The notes beneath the pieces are model-generated. The model searched no databases. It saw nothing but the letters and a program-made list of their open reading frames with translations, and had not been told where the DNA came from. A stretch of DNA of 63,106 nt, counting the filler, from Aduncisulcus paluster (taxonomy: Eukaryota): the NCBI GenBank assembly GCA_024181965.1. It is 12 parts of 12 records of this genome, joined end to end, with 100 filler letters (N's around TTAATTAATTAA, not from the genome) between each part and the next. Parts side by side here need not be neighbours in the genome. Positions count along the whole stretch, not along the records: positions 21,202 to 39,429 come from BQXS01011450.1; 11 more parts are not named here. One strand, 5' to 3'. Below, piece by piece: positions 21,951 through 35,386 of the stretch. Position 1 is the first letter of the stretch; every line of letters begins with the position of its first letter. A program made the translations under genes and the position numbers.

Positions 21951-22604
21951 AATTACCACCGATGATATTATTTAGTGGTTAACATGTAACTTACATGAAA
22001 TATTCATGTTACAATTCCTGAGAAAGATCGACTTCAACCACAGGAACATCGACAATCGTTCAATTACTCTGACAAGCCCTTTCGCGGCTAAAATTCTCTC
22101 TTGTTCCTTGTCGGTCACGAATCTAATGGCAGACAAATAAATAATATCCTGTTTTCCATCTAAATAACTTCCAAAGTGCAAGCAAAACAGGATTTGGTGA
22201 TTATGGCTGGAATCTTTGTTGTATAGTTACTCAATATTTTGTGACAAGTTTGATTTAATAAATATTTTTTTGTCCTTATTGTTTTATTTGAATTATATTT
22301 TGTTTCTTCGAGTGTTCTTGAAATTCTGGTTTGTGTAGAGGAGCCAAAGGACATGACGATAAAAGGGTTTATTGTTTTTATTTTGATATGTATTATTCTT
22401 TTCAAGACTTTGGCTCATTTTATATTGCTAAACTCTGGTGATAGGAGAGAAATCATAAAGAATGGGGCTAAAATACTTGTTAAAATGAAAAATCGATGCA
22501 CATACATTACATTTTTATATATGAGCATTTCATTATTTATCAAAAATAAGTCTCATTCTTTTAGAACTGGATTTATTGCATTTTTTTTCCCTTATTTCTT
22601 TAGG

Positions 22605-23543
22605 ATGAGTTTGAAGAGAGAAGGTAGATTGATATCTCCTTCCGAAGATATTTCTATTTCAGAATTTTGCGAACGGATTGCTAATTTGTGTTCCGTTTGT
22701 CTTACTGCAGCCAAACAAACTATCGAAGAGTTGCAACTTCGCAAGGCCGGATCGTTATCGACTCTTAAAAACCTTCATATTTTCGAGGTTGATTTGGAAA
22801 AACAATTGCATATTCTCATCCATGATGATTTTGAAATTATTGAACCTGTTCATTCCGATACTGTTGAGATTGAACGTGTTCGGAAAATAGATAAACGCTG
22901 GGCCGTCTCTTATCTTGCTACGTGTGATAAAAATAAGAGGCAAATCCCTCCCAAAGTCAAAGAGTTTGTCCTTCGCCTTTTTGTTCGTTTTTCGAATGGG
23001 TTTATTCGTCGCAACGCCCAAGAGGCTCTTCAAGCTTTAGAGAGTATTTTTTGTGTTGGCAATGATCTTATTTCCTCCCTTCCCAACAAACACCTTGAGA
23101 TTCCAATCAATACATTGGGATTGCTTCACACCTCTTCCTCTCTGTCTTTTATGCATATTTCCTCACAAAAAAGAAGCAAAATGAAATCAATGACTCTTCC
23201 AAGGGGTAATATTGCCGATTATACAGTTCTCAAGAAAAAGAAGGGCATTATGGATGGGGGATACGAAGATGACGTCTCTGACCAATCCGTGATGCCTTTC
23301 ACTTCATTTTTATCCATGGAAACCGGACTTCGTGGTCCATTATTGAATTTTGAAAAGACAAAACATCTTGTTCTTGTAAAAATAGTAAGAATGTTGTTTG
23401 GCTTTGATTATCGCATTTCTACCCTTGAAACTGTTATTGCTAGAGCAGAATTGGTATTGGCAATGTTATTGAGAAAAGTTGGGAGCAATATTAAGAAATT
23501 GGATACCATTTCTGAATATCCTATGCTAAGATGTGATTTATGA
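22605..23543 (+). CDS. Hypothetical protein (~312 aa)
   Basis: Probable start MSLKREGRL follows an AT-rich leader, and the composition is coding-like. Confidence 0.6.
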   Translation: MSLKREGRLISPSEDISISEFCERIANLCSVCLTAAKQTIEELQLRKAGSLSTLKNLHIFEVDLEKQLHILIHDDFEIIEPVHSDTVEIERVRKIDKRWAVSYLATCDKNKRQIPPKVKEFVLRLFVRFSNGFIRRNAQEALQALESIFCVGNDLISSLPNKHLEIPINTLGLLHTSSSLSFMHISSQKRSKMKSMTLPRGNIADYTVLKKKKGIMDGGYEDDVSDQSVMPFTSFLSMETGLRGPLLNFEKTKHLVLVKIVRMLFGFDYRISTLETVIARAELVLAMLLRKVGSNIKKLDTISEYPMLRCDL

Positions 23544-23803
23544 TATTTTCTTTTATTATAAAATCAAAGAATAGGTAAGAATAGTGTTAAAACCAACTTG
23601 ATAATTGTCCATTTATAAGTATAGAAGAGGCGAATTTGTAAGCTGTGTATTACTCTGATTTTTTCAAGATGATATATAAAAATTCAATAAATAATAACCA
23701 ACTAATATGTTTTGTTGCTTAAAATGTTGTTCAATATGTATTCTAAGCTTTGCAGGCAAATTTTCCCATTTTGCAACATATTAAGGGATAATTTTAATTT
23801 TTT

Positions 23804-26800
23804 ATGTCAATAATTGGTGATCCTGCCTTACATTTTGCCATTTCAAAGGATAATAGATTATGGACAGCATCTCCAAGATCACCATTAATTCAAATATTTG
23901 ATACAACTGTATGTTATTCTTTTTCAGACTTTTTTTTGCCTAAATCTTATTGTAACTTTCCAAATGCATTAATTATAACCCAAATTTCTCAATATCTATC
24001 TAACTTTTTGATTTTAGACAGGAACATTCATTCAAAGCATTTCTCCTTTAAAATATCATTCATATGATGGCAGTGACCTTGAAATAACAGCACTTTCACA
24101 TATAAACTTAGCTAATAATGTTCTAATGCTTGTTTGTTTCAGCTCTGGTGATGTTCTTGCCATTGATGGGGATTCTTTCCAGCTTCAATGGGAGAAAACC
24201 ATCGAAGATATATTTCCATCATCTAGTTGTGCTCCAATTACCCATGCAATTCCTACAATTGTTGATAATAGACCCTGTTTCACCGTTGCTTGTGGAACTC
24301 GCACGTTTTGCTCTATCCAAGCGAAAGATGGTGAAATTGTAAGTTCCATGACATTAGACTCGAATATTACAGCATTAAACTCCCTACTTCAGCGGAGCAA
24401 TGGTGATATCATAGATATATGCGATAATTATGAATGTTCTTCCACCAAACTCCACAGTCATAAATCTGGGACGAGTCCCCTTACAACAACCACTATTCAA
24501 TCTATTCATTCTCTCCTATTCGTTGGTTTTGCCAATGGTGAAGTATCTTGTTTTTTCCCAACTGAATCATTCACCCTCATGCGTTTACACTCTCCTATTG
24601 TTAGTATTGGACTCAGCAAAGATATTGTGAGTGCTGTGACGAGCTCTGACATTGCCGTTATCTCGATCAGGAGTGCATTCTCAGCCTCATCTCTTGCCAA
24701 CGCTCAATCCCCAACCTCATCTGCTGCTTCTCTACATTCTGGCTCTCCATCAACCTATGTTGCTGATAGAGATGACGATGATGGCTCACGATACTCCGAT
24801 TTGCATCCTCAGGTCGGATCTGATGGAGTCATGAAGAGGAGTCGCCGCAGAGACCATGTCAGTAGCATTTATAATATTTTCTCCCCTGGAATGACGATCG
24901 CAGATTCAGCTGCTAATCCATCCGAGCCTGCCAAGTGTTGTTACCATTCCATTCATGTTATTGGAAACATTGTATTTACATTGCTCACGAAAGACAGAAA
25001 GAGAACTTCAGAGCTTGTTGTGTTTGTTCCTTTTACTCATGAAACCAAAGCAACAACAACGACTGCTCCCACCTCCTCTTCTTCCTCTTCCTCTTCCTCG
25101 TCTTCCTCGTCTTCTGCTTCCTCGTCTTCTGCTTCAGCTGATGATAGTGGTGTTCCAGCGTCTCCTCAATTCTTGTTATCAATCCCACGTGATTCTTGGT
25201 CTGTATGCTTCCCAAAGAACCCTATTGCTGTGTCTATTGGGATTGTACGGTTATCCAAGCCATTGGGAGATACACGGGGAATGCTAATGTTCGATTCAGG
25301 CAGCGGTAAAAGGATCTTCGGTGGTATGGAACTCAAATCGGAAGATAGAGCTTCAAAAACAAAAGGGACTGGGCATGGATCATTAACATCAGGGACTACC
25401 ACTGGCACGATTTCATATTCTTCTTCAACATCTTCCGGCATTCATAACTGTCTTATCCCCGTTCTCATTGTTAGTGGAGATAATGGAACGTGTTACACTG
25501 CTTCCGTGCATGATCTTCTGTGCCACTCTGATATCTCCCTGAATAAGGGACAGAAATCTATTTTTGGAATGGCTTCTTCCCACAGCGAGGGAGCTCCTGG
25601 CGAAAGGGTTTCAGGCCATAAAGGTGGATCTCATCGTGGGGATCATCACGGTGATGTTGGAGGTAGTTCTGGTGTCTCGTCAGCAGGTAAAAACTCGAAA
25701 AACAAACAAAATATCTTCTTCTTCTTCTTCTTCTTCTTCATCATCTTCTTCTTTTTCTCTTATAAAAGCTGGGTCATCCCAACATCTGGCATCTTTAGCA
25801 TCTCTACGATCGTCTAACATGGCATGTAAACTTATTCCTTTTAGTTTCTCATCTAATCCAAAAATAGATTCCGATTCGATAGGTATTTCCGGTGGTAATA
25901 ATTCGAAGAGTGAAGCCACTCAACTTTTTTCCCATGCTCATGCTCAATCTCATTCTCCAACTCTCTCGACATCCTCATCTTTTTCTGAGGGTCCCTCTGC
26001 TTTGATACGCCTCCCTCCTACGTTTGCTGTGATTCTGCGCACTGAATCGGAGCGCTTGGGTTCGATCCTCCCCTCGTCCGTTTCTTTTTCGTCGAATGGA
26101 CTTGTATATGGTGTTAGTAACACTGGATGGTGTGTTGGATGGAACATCGACGGAGTGCAAGAGATGTTAGATGACCGAGAAAGGGAAGAATACGAGTTTC
26201 TTGCACGGCGGGAAGAGGAAGAAAGGGAAAAGAAACGGAAACGAATGGAAAAGAAAAACCTTCGTGATGGCCAAAAGGCTTCCCATGCCCACTCTCTCTC
26301 TTTTTCCTTGATGGATGGGAGAGACGATGATCTTTCTGATTCCATTTCAAGTTCAGATGATCGAGAATCCATTGTTGATGATAAACAGGGGGACGGAGAG
26401 TGCATTGAATCAGTTCTGAACACAGACATTCCTCCTTCTTCCTCCGTTCTTGTTCCATTTGAACTAGGTGAGACCTATGATTTGTCATGTTCTGTGACAC
26501 TCAGACCTCGAAGGATCTCAACTCACCAGGCTGGAATGGCTCCAAGGTATATTGGATTTGAAGGAGACGATGATTTCAGTGATGATGGTGCTGGCGACAT
26601 GTCCAATGGACTGATGAATGAATCGCTATGGACAGCTTCATATTGCAACTCAAAGGTGTCTGTGTTCCTTAACAAAAAGAAACACAAGACGATTGATATT
26701 GGTGCTAGTGATAGTAACACTTCCCTTTCATCTTCCTCTATCTCCTCTTCCTCTTCTTCTTCAGCCGGAGGTTTCAGTGGCAAAATTAGTGGTGTTCAAC

Positions 26801-29800
26801 AGTTACTCACAGCCACGTATTTACATCACACGTATGTTATCGTTGTTCCAGTTATGAGTCACTCAGTGTACGTATTCGATGCCGATTCTATGGTTCAACA
26901 TGCTATAATTGAGCATCCCTCACTAAAAGGAGACAGGGAGAGAGAGAGGAAAGAGAAAGAGAAAGAGAAAGAAAAAGAGAAGAAGAATGGAACAGATGTT
27001 GATTCTACTGTTAATCCATCACTCACTGGAGCTGGTAATTCAACTGGAGCTGGAGCTGACTCAGGGTCTTCATTGTCCACCACAGCTCCTTCCAGTCATA
27101 TTCCGTATGTTTCCTACTGTGCCGTCACTGGTAATAACACTGTCCGTTGTATCTTGTGGATCATTGATACATCTGGTCGTTTGCGAGGCTACAGTGTCGG
27201 CAGTGGCGGTGAGAGAAGAGAATGTGTCCGTGAGAAGAGAAACATTGCGAAGGAACATGCTTCCCATACTGGAACTGACAAATCACATCAGGATGGAGGC
27301 ATGGAGATACTTGATATCGAGAGAGGCTATGGGAGTGCCTATTCATTGCATTCCAAGAAGAATCCTGATCATTTGCCTATTCCTTCTTTCTCAAATAAGG
27401 GGACCAGTTCAGTATCCCCCCCCGGATCTCCTCGATCTGCCTCAAGGTCATCATCTCCTTCCAACACTTCCTCGTTCTCGTCTTCCCCAAGATACATGGA
27501 CCAACAATCTCGTTCTATATATGGTAACTCTGGGAAACAATCTCGTTCTGGCACACGTACGACAGCAATGATCCCTGCAGAGTCTACTCTATTCTCACAC
27601 ACTGGTATTAGTTCTCGTCTCCTCTCTTCGCCCCCAACAGCCTCATTATCGCTCTCCTCTTTCTTCCCCTGTGGAGTATTTGACACTGGTATGAAGAATG
27701 TGTGCTCTGCCATCGGAGTCACTGTCACTGACGAGGGTGCTGATGACCTTTCTAGAGAGATATATGGATCGGATGCACCTGGGAGTCATGGAAAGGATGA
27801 TAAACGTCAACATACATCGTCGGAGGAAGACATAATCGTACTATGTAATAGCTCAGGTGTGCGAGGGTTCAGATTCACTATTAATGTAAAGAATACTCAG
27901 AGATCTGAAATCATTGGACATGTTATCCTGGATGACAGTGGGAAGAAAGACAGGTCGAAAGATGGTCGAATTGGAACAGATGATCAAGATGTTATTGAAC
28001 TCCATTCTGGTGCTCTTTCTGATGGTTCAGCTTCCACAGTTGCCAAGAACAGTGGCTTGTCATCTAAAAAAAGTGGTAAATCTTCATCAAGTGATAATGG
28101 TAGTGGGTATTCACGTGCATATTTATTCTCGTATGTTTACTACAAAGCCCAGGTCAAGGTCAGTCGTGTATTTAGAGTCGGTTTCGTCTCTCCTCAATTC
28201 GAAAGTGACACTGTCAGTATGTGTGTTCTTGGAGGTTTTACTGACCGTCAACGTATGGAATTGGAGAAGAAATACCGTGAAATTGATGAATCTGAGAGAG
28301 CAGCGAGGGACAATGAAGAAGAGGAGGAAGAAGAGAAGAGACTACGAAGAGAGAAGGCCCAAGAAGCCAGAAACGATGAGATGAGAAGATGGGAACAGTA
28401 TGAGATATCCAAGGAAGAGAAACGTCGTCTAAAAGAGCAAGAAAGTTATGAGCTCATGCACGGCAATGATAAACTTCAGCATCAGTTCAGGAATCAAGTA
28501 GATGATCGAAGAAAACAGTGGGAAGTATGGTATAAGGATGAGAAGAAAAGAATAGCTAATCTTCTCATCCGGAAGTTCAATGAACGTGTCCAAGGTGCTG
28601 AAAATATGTCAATAGCTCACTGTGGTACACTGCCTGTATTTGTAGTTGTTCGAACTCGCACCGGTGATTCCTTCTTGTTGCATACTTCCATGCCACCCAT
28701 CCGTTTATCCTTACCCTTCTCTTCATCTCCCCTGTACTCTCACCCCTTTATTCCTTTCTCCCTCGCCGTGTGTGATGGGCATGACGTCAAGATATGTGAA
28801 TGTGTCGCTGGGAAGGAAGTGCTTGATCTTTCCTTTGAGATGAACAGAGCTATCCAGCGTTCGACTGCTTCATGCGGTGTCAATGGACTCCTTTCTTCCT
28901 CTCATAATATGCATATCCTCTCTCCAGTCGGATCTACAAGGGAAATGACTCAAGGACAGTCTGGGAGCAGTCTTGTGCTTGGTGTGGCCCAAAGAAGCGA
29001 TATCATGGGATCTGGAGGAATTATGGCAGATATGAAGGAGAGGGATGGAAAGATAGGAAGTGACATGATGATATCACATGATCATCATGGGAATGTCTAT
29101 AATGGGGATCCATCAACATCCACATCTCTGGTATCGTTGTCAAGTCGTAACAACCCATTTTCTAACAATATTACATCATCGATGGTTTTGTCATTGAATT
29201 CACGAGCACTTGCTCCTCTCTTCTCTTTCTTTTTCTCATCTCATTTCCCTCCTTCCAGATTAGATGGCTCCTCAAATACCTCAAAAGGAAGAGTCAGTGA
29301 TATCACAACTCTGAGAGATGCATTGCGTGAGGAAAAAGAACGCCGAAAAGAAATTGAAGAAGAACTGAGGAAATTGAAGGAAGAACTCGTGAAAAAAGGT
29401 CAGAACAAAGGAGGATATGGTCCAGGTGTCGATGATGGTGGAGTTTTAGACCAACGTGGAGAAGATATTGCACTTGGATCTACATCAACTTCTGCAGGCA
29501 TTGCTTATCCTCCAACAAAAAGTAGCTCCTCTTCTTCCTCTTCTTCCTCTTCTTCCTCTTCTTCATCTTCTTTTTCTCATCTCATTTCCCTCCTTCCAGA
29601 TTAGATGGCTCCTCAAATACCTCAAAAGGAAGAGTCAGTGATATCACAACTCTGAGAGATGCATTGCGTGAGGAAAAAGAACGCCGAAAAGAAATTGAAG
29701 AAGAACTGAGGAAATTGAAGGAAGAACTCGTGAAAAAAGGTCAGAACAAAGGAGGATATGGTCCAGGTGTCGATGATGGTGGAGTTTTAGACCAACGTGG

Positions 29801-32800
29801 AGAAGATATTGCACTTGGATCTACATCAACTTCTGCAGGCATTGCTTATCCTCCAACAAAAAGTAGCTCCTCTTCTTCCTCTTCTTCCTCTTCTTCCTCT
29901 TCTTCATCTTCTTCCTCTTCTTTGCCTCCTCTGCATCCTCCTCCATTGGAGGAAAAAGAACGCCGAAAAGAAATTGAAGAAGAAGTGAAAAAAGGTCAGA
30001 ACAAAGGAGGATATGGTCCAGGTGTCGATGATGGTGGAGTTTTAGACCAACGTGGAGAAGATATTGCACTTGGATGCTCCTCTCTTCCTTTCTCATCTCA
30101 TTTCCCTCCTTCCAGATTAGATGGCTCCTCAAATACCTCAAAAGGAAGAGTCAGTGATATCACAACTCTGAGAGATGCATTGCGTGAGGAAAAAGAACGC
30201 CGAAAAGAAATTGAAGAAGAACTGAGGAAATTGAAGGAAGAACTCGTGAAAAAAGGTCAGAACAAAGGAGGATATGGTCCAGGTGTCGATGATGGTGGAG
30301 TTTTAGACCAACGTGGAGAAGATATTGCACTTGGATCTACATCAACTTCTGCAGGCATTGCTTATCCTCCAACAAAAAGTAGCTCCTCTCTTCCTCTTTT
30401 TCTCATCTCATTTCCCTCCTTCCAGATTAGATGGCTCCTCAAATACCTCAAAAGGAAGAGTCAGTGATATCACAACTCTGAGAGATGCATTGCGTGAGGA
30501 AAAAGAACGCCGAAAAGAAATTGAAGAAGAACTGAGGAAATTGAAGGAAGAACTCGTGAAAAAAGGTCAGAACAAAGGAGGATATGGTCCAGGTGTCGAT
30601 GATGGTGGAGTTTTAGACCAACGTGGAGAAGATATTGCACTTGGATCTACATCAACTTCTGCAGGCATTGCTTATCCTCCAACAAAAAGTAGCTCCACAA
30701 TATTACATCATCGATGGTTTTGTCATTGAATTCACGAGCACTTGCTCCTCTCTTCTCTTTCTTTTTCTCATCTCATTTCCCTCCTTCCAGATTAGATGGC
30801 TCCTCAAATACCTCAAAAGGAAGAGTCAGTGATATCACAACTCTGAGAGATGCATTGCGTGAGGAAAAAGAACGCCGAAAAGAAATTGAAGAAGAACTGA
30901 GGAAATTGAAGGAAGAACTCGTGAAAAAAGGTCAGAACAAAGGAGGATATGGTCCAGGTGTCGATGATGGTGGAGTTTTAGACCAACGTGGAGAAGATAT
31001 TGCACTTGGATCTACATCAACTTCTGCAGGCATTGCTTATCCTCCAACAAAAAGTAGCTCCTCTTCTTCCTCTTCTTCCTCTTCTTCCTCTTCTTCATCT
31101 TCTTCCTCTTCTTTGCCTCCTCTGCATCCTCCTCCATTGTTATCTATCTGTGCACACACTCAGACTGACATGGACGATCGTGATGAAGAGTTAATCAACG
31201 TTCAGAGCCAAGTGAGTACGTTGTCATCACTCGTCGACACTCTTCGTGAGAAACTTAGTGAAGCCAACGCACAATGTATCAAAGAAAGACGGATTAAGCA
31301 GCTCGCCGTTGAAGAAGCTCGTTCCCTCGCTGTTGGACGTCTTGAACAGCTTGAAACCGTAATACCCGAGCTTGAAAACGATAATAAGTTGCTTAGAGAC
31401 CGTGTGAAAGTCAGTGAGGAAATATCGGTGTCATTAAAGACCGAGTCGCTGGAACTCAATGCCAAATTGTGTGGAATTGAAAAGGATAACACTGAGCTCA
31501 GAGGTAAAAATGACTTTCTTCAGCGTGATATCAAACGTAAGGAGGCTGAAATTGAGCTTTTGAAACGTGATTTGCTTGAAATCACAATGCAGCTTGAAGC
31601 GCAAGGCGAAGAGATGGTTCAACGTCAAGAAAAAGAAGAGAAGCTCCGTAAAGATTGGGAACGTAAAGAGAAGAAGAGGGAAGAAGAGTTTCGCACGAGA
31701 AGAAATAGTTCTGGAAGTGGTGCCTTTGGTACTCGTAGTCATAACCATCAAGATACTGGCTTGGTTGATCATGAACCCAGTGAGTTATCTGTGCTTCATG
31801 ATGAGATGGATCCCTTCTCAACACAACACACTCCTCGAACAGGCATATTATCAGAGAAGGATGCCATTGGTGCCGTTGCCAGTGCTCTTTCAGATCCATC
31901 TTCAGCTGCATTTGCCCACCTTGACTTTGATGAAATCAACAAGATGTTAATTTCACTCCAAACAGATGACGATCAACGTATTTTGTTGCTCTCTACCAAC
32001 ATTGTGCAGAATTTAATCAGTGCTCTGTGTATTGCTGGCGTTGACATCAAAGAGGATGATGTTCTTGGTGTGGATGAATCTGTTGCTCTTCTCGAAACTG
32101 CTGAAAGCATGTCTAGTCTTTTGGTTACAGAATTCCAGAACTTTACAGTCAAACAACTCACAAAGATGCACATTGATGGTGCTCGCAAATCATACCATGG
32201 CGGCCATCAGAAGGAATCAAAGGAAGTCGGAATGACAAGCCCATCGGAAGGAAATAGAACATCAAGCAGTAGCATGGAAGGAAGAGGACAAGGAGCAGAA
32301 TCTGAGAAGTTCTTCCCATCTTCTTTGTCTTCATTCGCTCAGTCGCTTCTTCTTGCTCCATCAGCCACTCACAGCACCGGTGTCCAGTGTGCTATTATTA
32401 GACTTAGTGAGAAAGATATCTTGGAGGAGAAAGACACTCTCCAAACAAGGCTTCAAGAGGTTCAAGATGCCTTATTTAACACTGAAGAACAGCTCAAGAG
32501 CAAATCTTCTTCTTTGCAATCGAACACTGAACTCCTGACAAGTTGCCGTGCCCACAACGAGTCTTTGCATAGTCAGATTGACCTCTTGCGAAGTTCCGAT
32601 GAGGACAAAACCAACACGATTGCCAATCTAAAGAAACGACTAGAGAAAAACGAGAGAGAGAAGGAAGGGAGAGAAGGAGTCGTTAGAGCTATGGAACAGA
32701 GATATCNNNNNNNNNNNNNNNNNNNNTTTGCAATCGAACACTGAACTCCTGACAAGTTGCCGTGCCCACAACGAGTCTTTGCATAGTCAGATTGACCTCT

Positions 32801-35077
32801 TGCGAAGTTCCGATGAGGACAAAACCAACACGATTGCCAATCTAAAGAAACGACTAGAGAAAAACGAGAGAGAGAAGGAAGGGAGAGAAGGAGTCGTTAG
32901 AGCTATGGAACAGAGAGTCACGGTCACTGAAGAGCTACTAACAACGTTCAGAGAACGACTTGCAATGATTGGATCTGAAAAAGAGCATTGGAGAGCTCTG
33001 TCTAAACTCCTTCAGAGAGAAAAAGAAGAGGAGGAAGAGAGGAAGAGGCGTAGAGAAATAGAAGAGGAGGAAGAGAGGAGGGAAGAGAGAGAGAGAGAGA
33101 AAGAAGAAGAAGACAAGAGAAAGGCTTTATTACTTGAGAAGTTGGAGAGAGAACAAGAGAAGAAAATGAAAGATATGAAAGAAATTGAAGCTGTCACAGT
33201 TGATACGAATATAAGTTCTGATCCCACCACCAATTCATCCAAGGCCTTGAAGCCACCACCGAACGAACCATCTTCTACCTCTTCCTCTTCTACTTCTTCT
33301 TCCTCTCCTCCTCAGAGTTCTGATGGAATTGAGTCCAAACAAACAGCTATTGCACATGAAGAAAAGAGGGACGAAAAGAGGGACAAAAAGAAAGAAGAAA
33401 AGAACTCGAAAGAGGAGGAGGAAGAGGAAGAGGAGGAAGAAGATGAACACGCGTCTGCTGAGAAAGAAGAGGAGGAGAGAAAGAGAATTGAAGAAGCCAA
33501 GAAGAAAGAAGAAGAAAAACAAAGGAAATTGGCCAAGCAAAGAAGAAGAAGAAAGACTGAAAAAGCTTCAGGAAGAAGAAGAAAAGAGGAAAAAAGAAGA
33601 GGAAGAGGAAAAGAGAAGAAAAGAAGACGAAGAGAAGAGGAGAAGAGAAGAGGAGGAAGAGCGCAAGAAAGCTGAGAAAGCTGAATCATCCATCATCAGT
33701 GGAAACAAGGTCGTCAATAACAACAATGTAAGTGACTCGACTAGGAGGGTCAGTACATCTTCTGATGATATTTCTCATCGTTCTATTTATAGATCTGTTG
33801 AGAAAGACTATGCTGATGAAAGTCCTGCTGATTCTATGATAACTGAGACCGAGACTGAGTTAAAACCCTTGACGGGAGCTCTAAATCTTGATGATCTTCT
33901 TTCATCTTCTCACCTCTCAACTCTTCGACCCATCTACCCCGAAGATGCTGACGATGGTGCTTCTCTGCCAGATCATTCCTCCCAACCGGCCAATTTGATG
34001 AGTCGAGAGGTTGCACACTCTCAACCGAACGTTTCCAGCCGGTCAAACCGGACATTCCAATCACATAAAGTATCACACCCCACGTTATCTGATGGGTATT
34101 CTGGGGATATTATGAGTGGTCGGAGAACCACAGGAGATCGAGCAGTGACGACCACCTTGAGATTTGAGAATAGAAATGCTTCTTCAAGGCTTTCTACTGT
34201 CGATGAAACTGATCATACAAGACCTCACTCAAGTGATGGAGCCACCCATTCAGCTCTTTCAACTCCAATTATCTCTCGTCAAGCTTCCACAACATCTTCC
34301 TCCTCTTCCTCCTCTTCCTCTTCTTCTTCCTCTTCTTCAAGTGCGAACCCTTCGTCCGTTTCTTCTAGTCGACTTGGATCTTTCCTGCATTCGTATACCC
34401 ATGGGGAAATGTATGTTTCCAGAGATAGTCAAGTCCACCATAGTTCTGTGAAGCAAATGACAACAGAAGAGGCTGAAAGGGCAAGGAAAAGAAGAGAAGT
34501 AGAGGGGAAAATAAGAGGCCCATCTCTCGAATCGTTGTCTGCACACAAGTCACCTTACTCATTCTCACAAAGATATGCCTCTTCTTTCTCAAAATCTAAA
34601 AATAGCAGTTCATCTTCACATTTCTCTTATGCTAATTTGCAACGGGAAGCCTTATTGCGTGAGAATAGGCGTCGAGAAGAGGAAGAACGTCGTAAATATG
34701 CTGAAGAAATTGAACGCAAAGAGAGAGAAAGAGAAGAGAGAGAAAGAATTGCTAAAGAAGAAGAAACTCGTTTGAGGCTTCAACGTGAGAGATATGAAAG
34801 AGAAAAAGAGCAACAAAGCGAAAGACAAAGATCTTCAATTCACCATGGTTTGGATTCGACTAGGTCAGATCACATTCTCAAGAGAGCCGAAGAGAGAAGG
34901 AAATATTCGTATTCTTACATGTCACCGAGAAGCAAGCATTCAATGTCTCCATATTCTTCTAAATCATCAATCTTGCAAAGCACGCCTTCCCTTAGGGGAA
35001 AAGATGGCTCATTAAACGTCCGAGAAGTATTCTCTCGGAAATCAAATATGTCTATGGCTCATTTGCCTTTTAAATAG
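23804..35077 (+). CDS. Giant (~3,100 aa after repair) beta-propeller-like plus coiled-coil, Ser-rich protein; one intron (23909-24017); broken by microsatellite frameshifts, a duplicated block and an overlap gap
   Basis: Exon 1 (35 codons) splices in frame to ORF 24126. The chain 24126-25564-30714-32728-33323 is continuous if the shifts in the TCT/GAA tracts, the 1532-bp block 29165-30696 and the 214-bp overlap at the N20 gap are removed. WD-like strands (LFVGFANGEVSCF, GWCVGWNI, VYVFD) are N-terminal, and long heptad coils are C-terminal. Confidence 0.65.
23909..24017 (+). other. Spliceosomal intron, 109 nt
   Basis: GTATGT donor, CTAAC branch point at 24000-24004, TTTTAG acceptor; removal keeps the frame. 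Confidence 0.85.
29165..31110 (+). repeat. Five full plus partial copies of a ~340-bp coding unit joined at TC-rich tracts
   Basis: The unit TTCTCATCTCATTTCCCTCCTTCCAGATTAG...CCAACAAAAAGTAGCTCC recurs essentially identically. Probable misassembly. Confidence 0.8.
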
Positions 35078-35386
35078 GGATATTATAGAAAATAATAGTA
35101 GTATTTGTTTTATTATCACTTATTAATCTTAGTAAATTTGATCCCAACCGTTAATGTATCATTTTTTTCGAGTGAGACACAATTTGTGTCAGACACAAAC
35201 AATGTTTTTTTGAGCGTTTCTTGAATGTTTAAGGTTTTTTATCTGAATAATTCATATTATATTTCATTTGTAAACATTATGACATCATAGAAATCTATAT
35301 GTGAAGTTTTCTTGTTGAAGATTGTTCTTGTCACCATAAGTGAACCAAAGATAAACTATTTGAATCCACAAATACTTGATATTAAT

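Noticed and set aside
21972-22405. Two short overlapping minus-strand ORFs
   Set aside because: They could not be joined by a convincing intron and have no recognisable domain.
25715-25765. Frameshifts at TCT/GAA tracts (also ~6650 and ~33540) as phase variation
   Set aside because: Single-base slips in microsatellites are typical consensus errors and cannot be distinguished from real variation without reads.
29165-31110. Regularly spaced repeats resembling a CRISPR or cassette array
   Set aside because: The units are ~340-bp identical coding copies with no unique spacers, joined at TC microsatellites. Deleting 29165-30696 restores the ORF.
32513-32916. Direct repeats flanking N20 gaps (also ~54910-55563)
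   Set aside because: Overlapping contig ends left unmerged by scaffolding.
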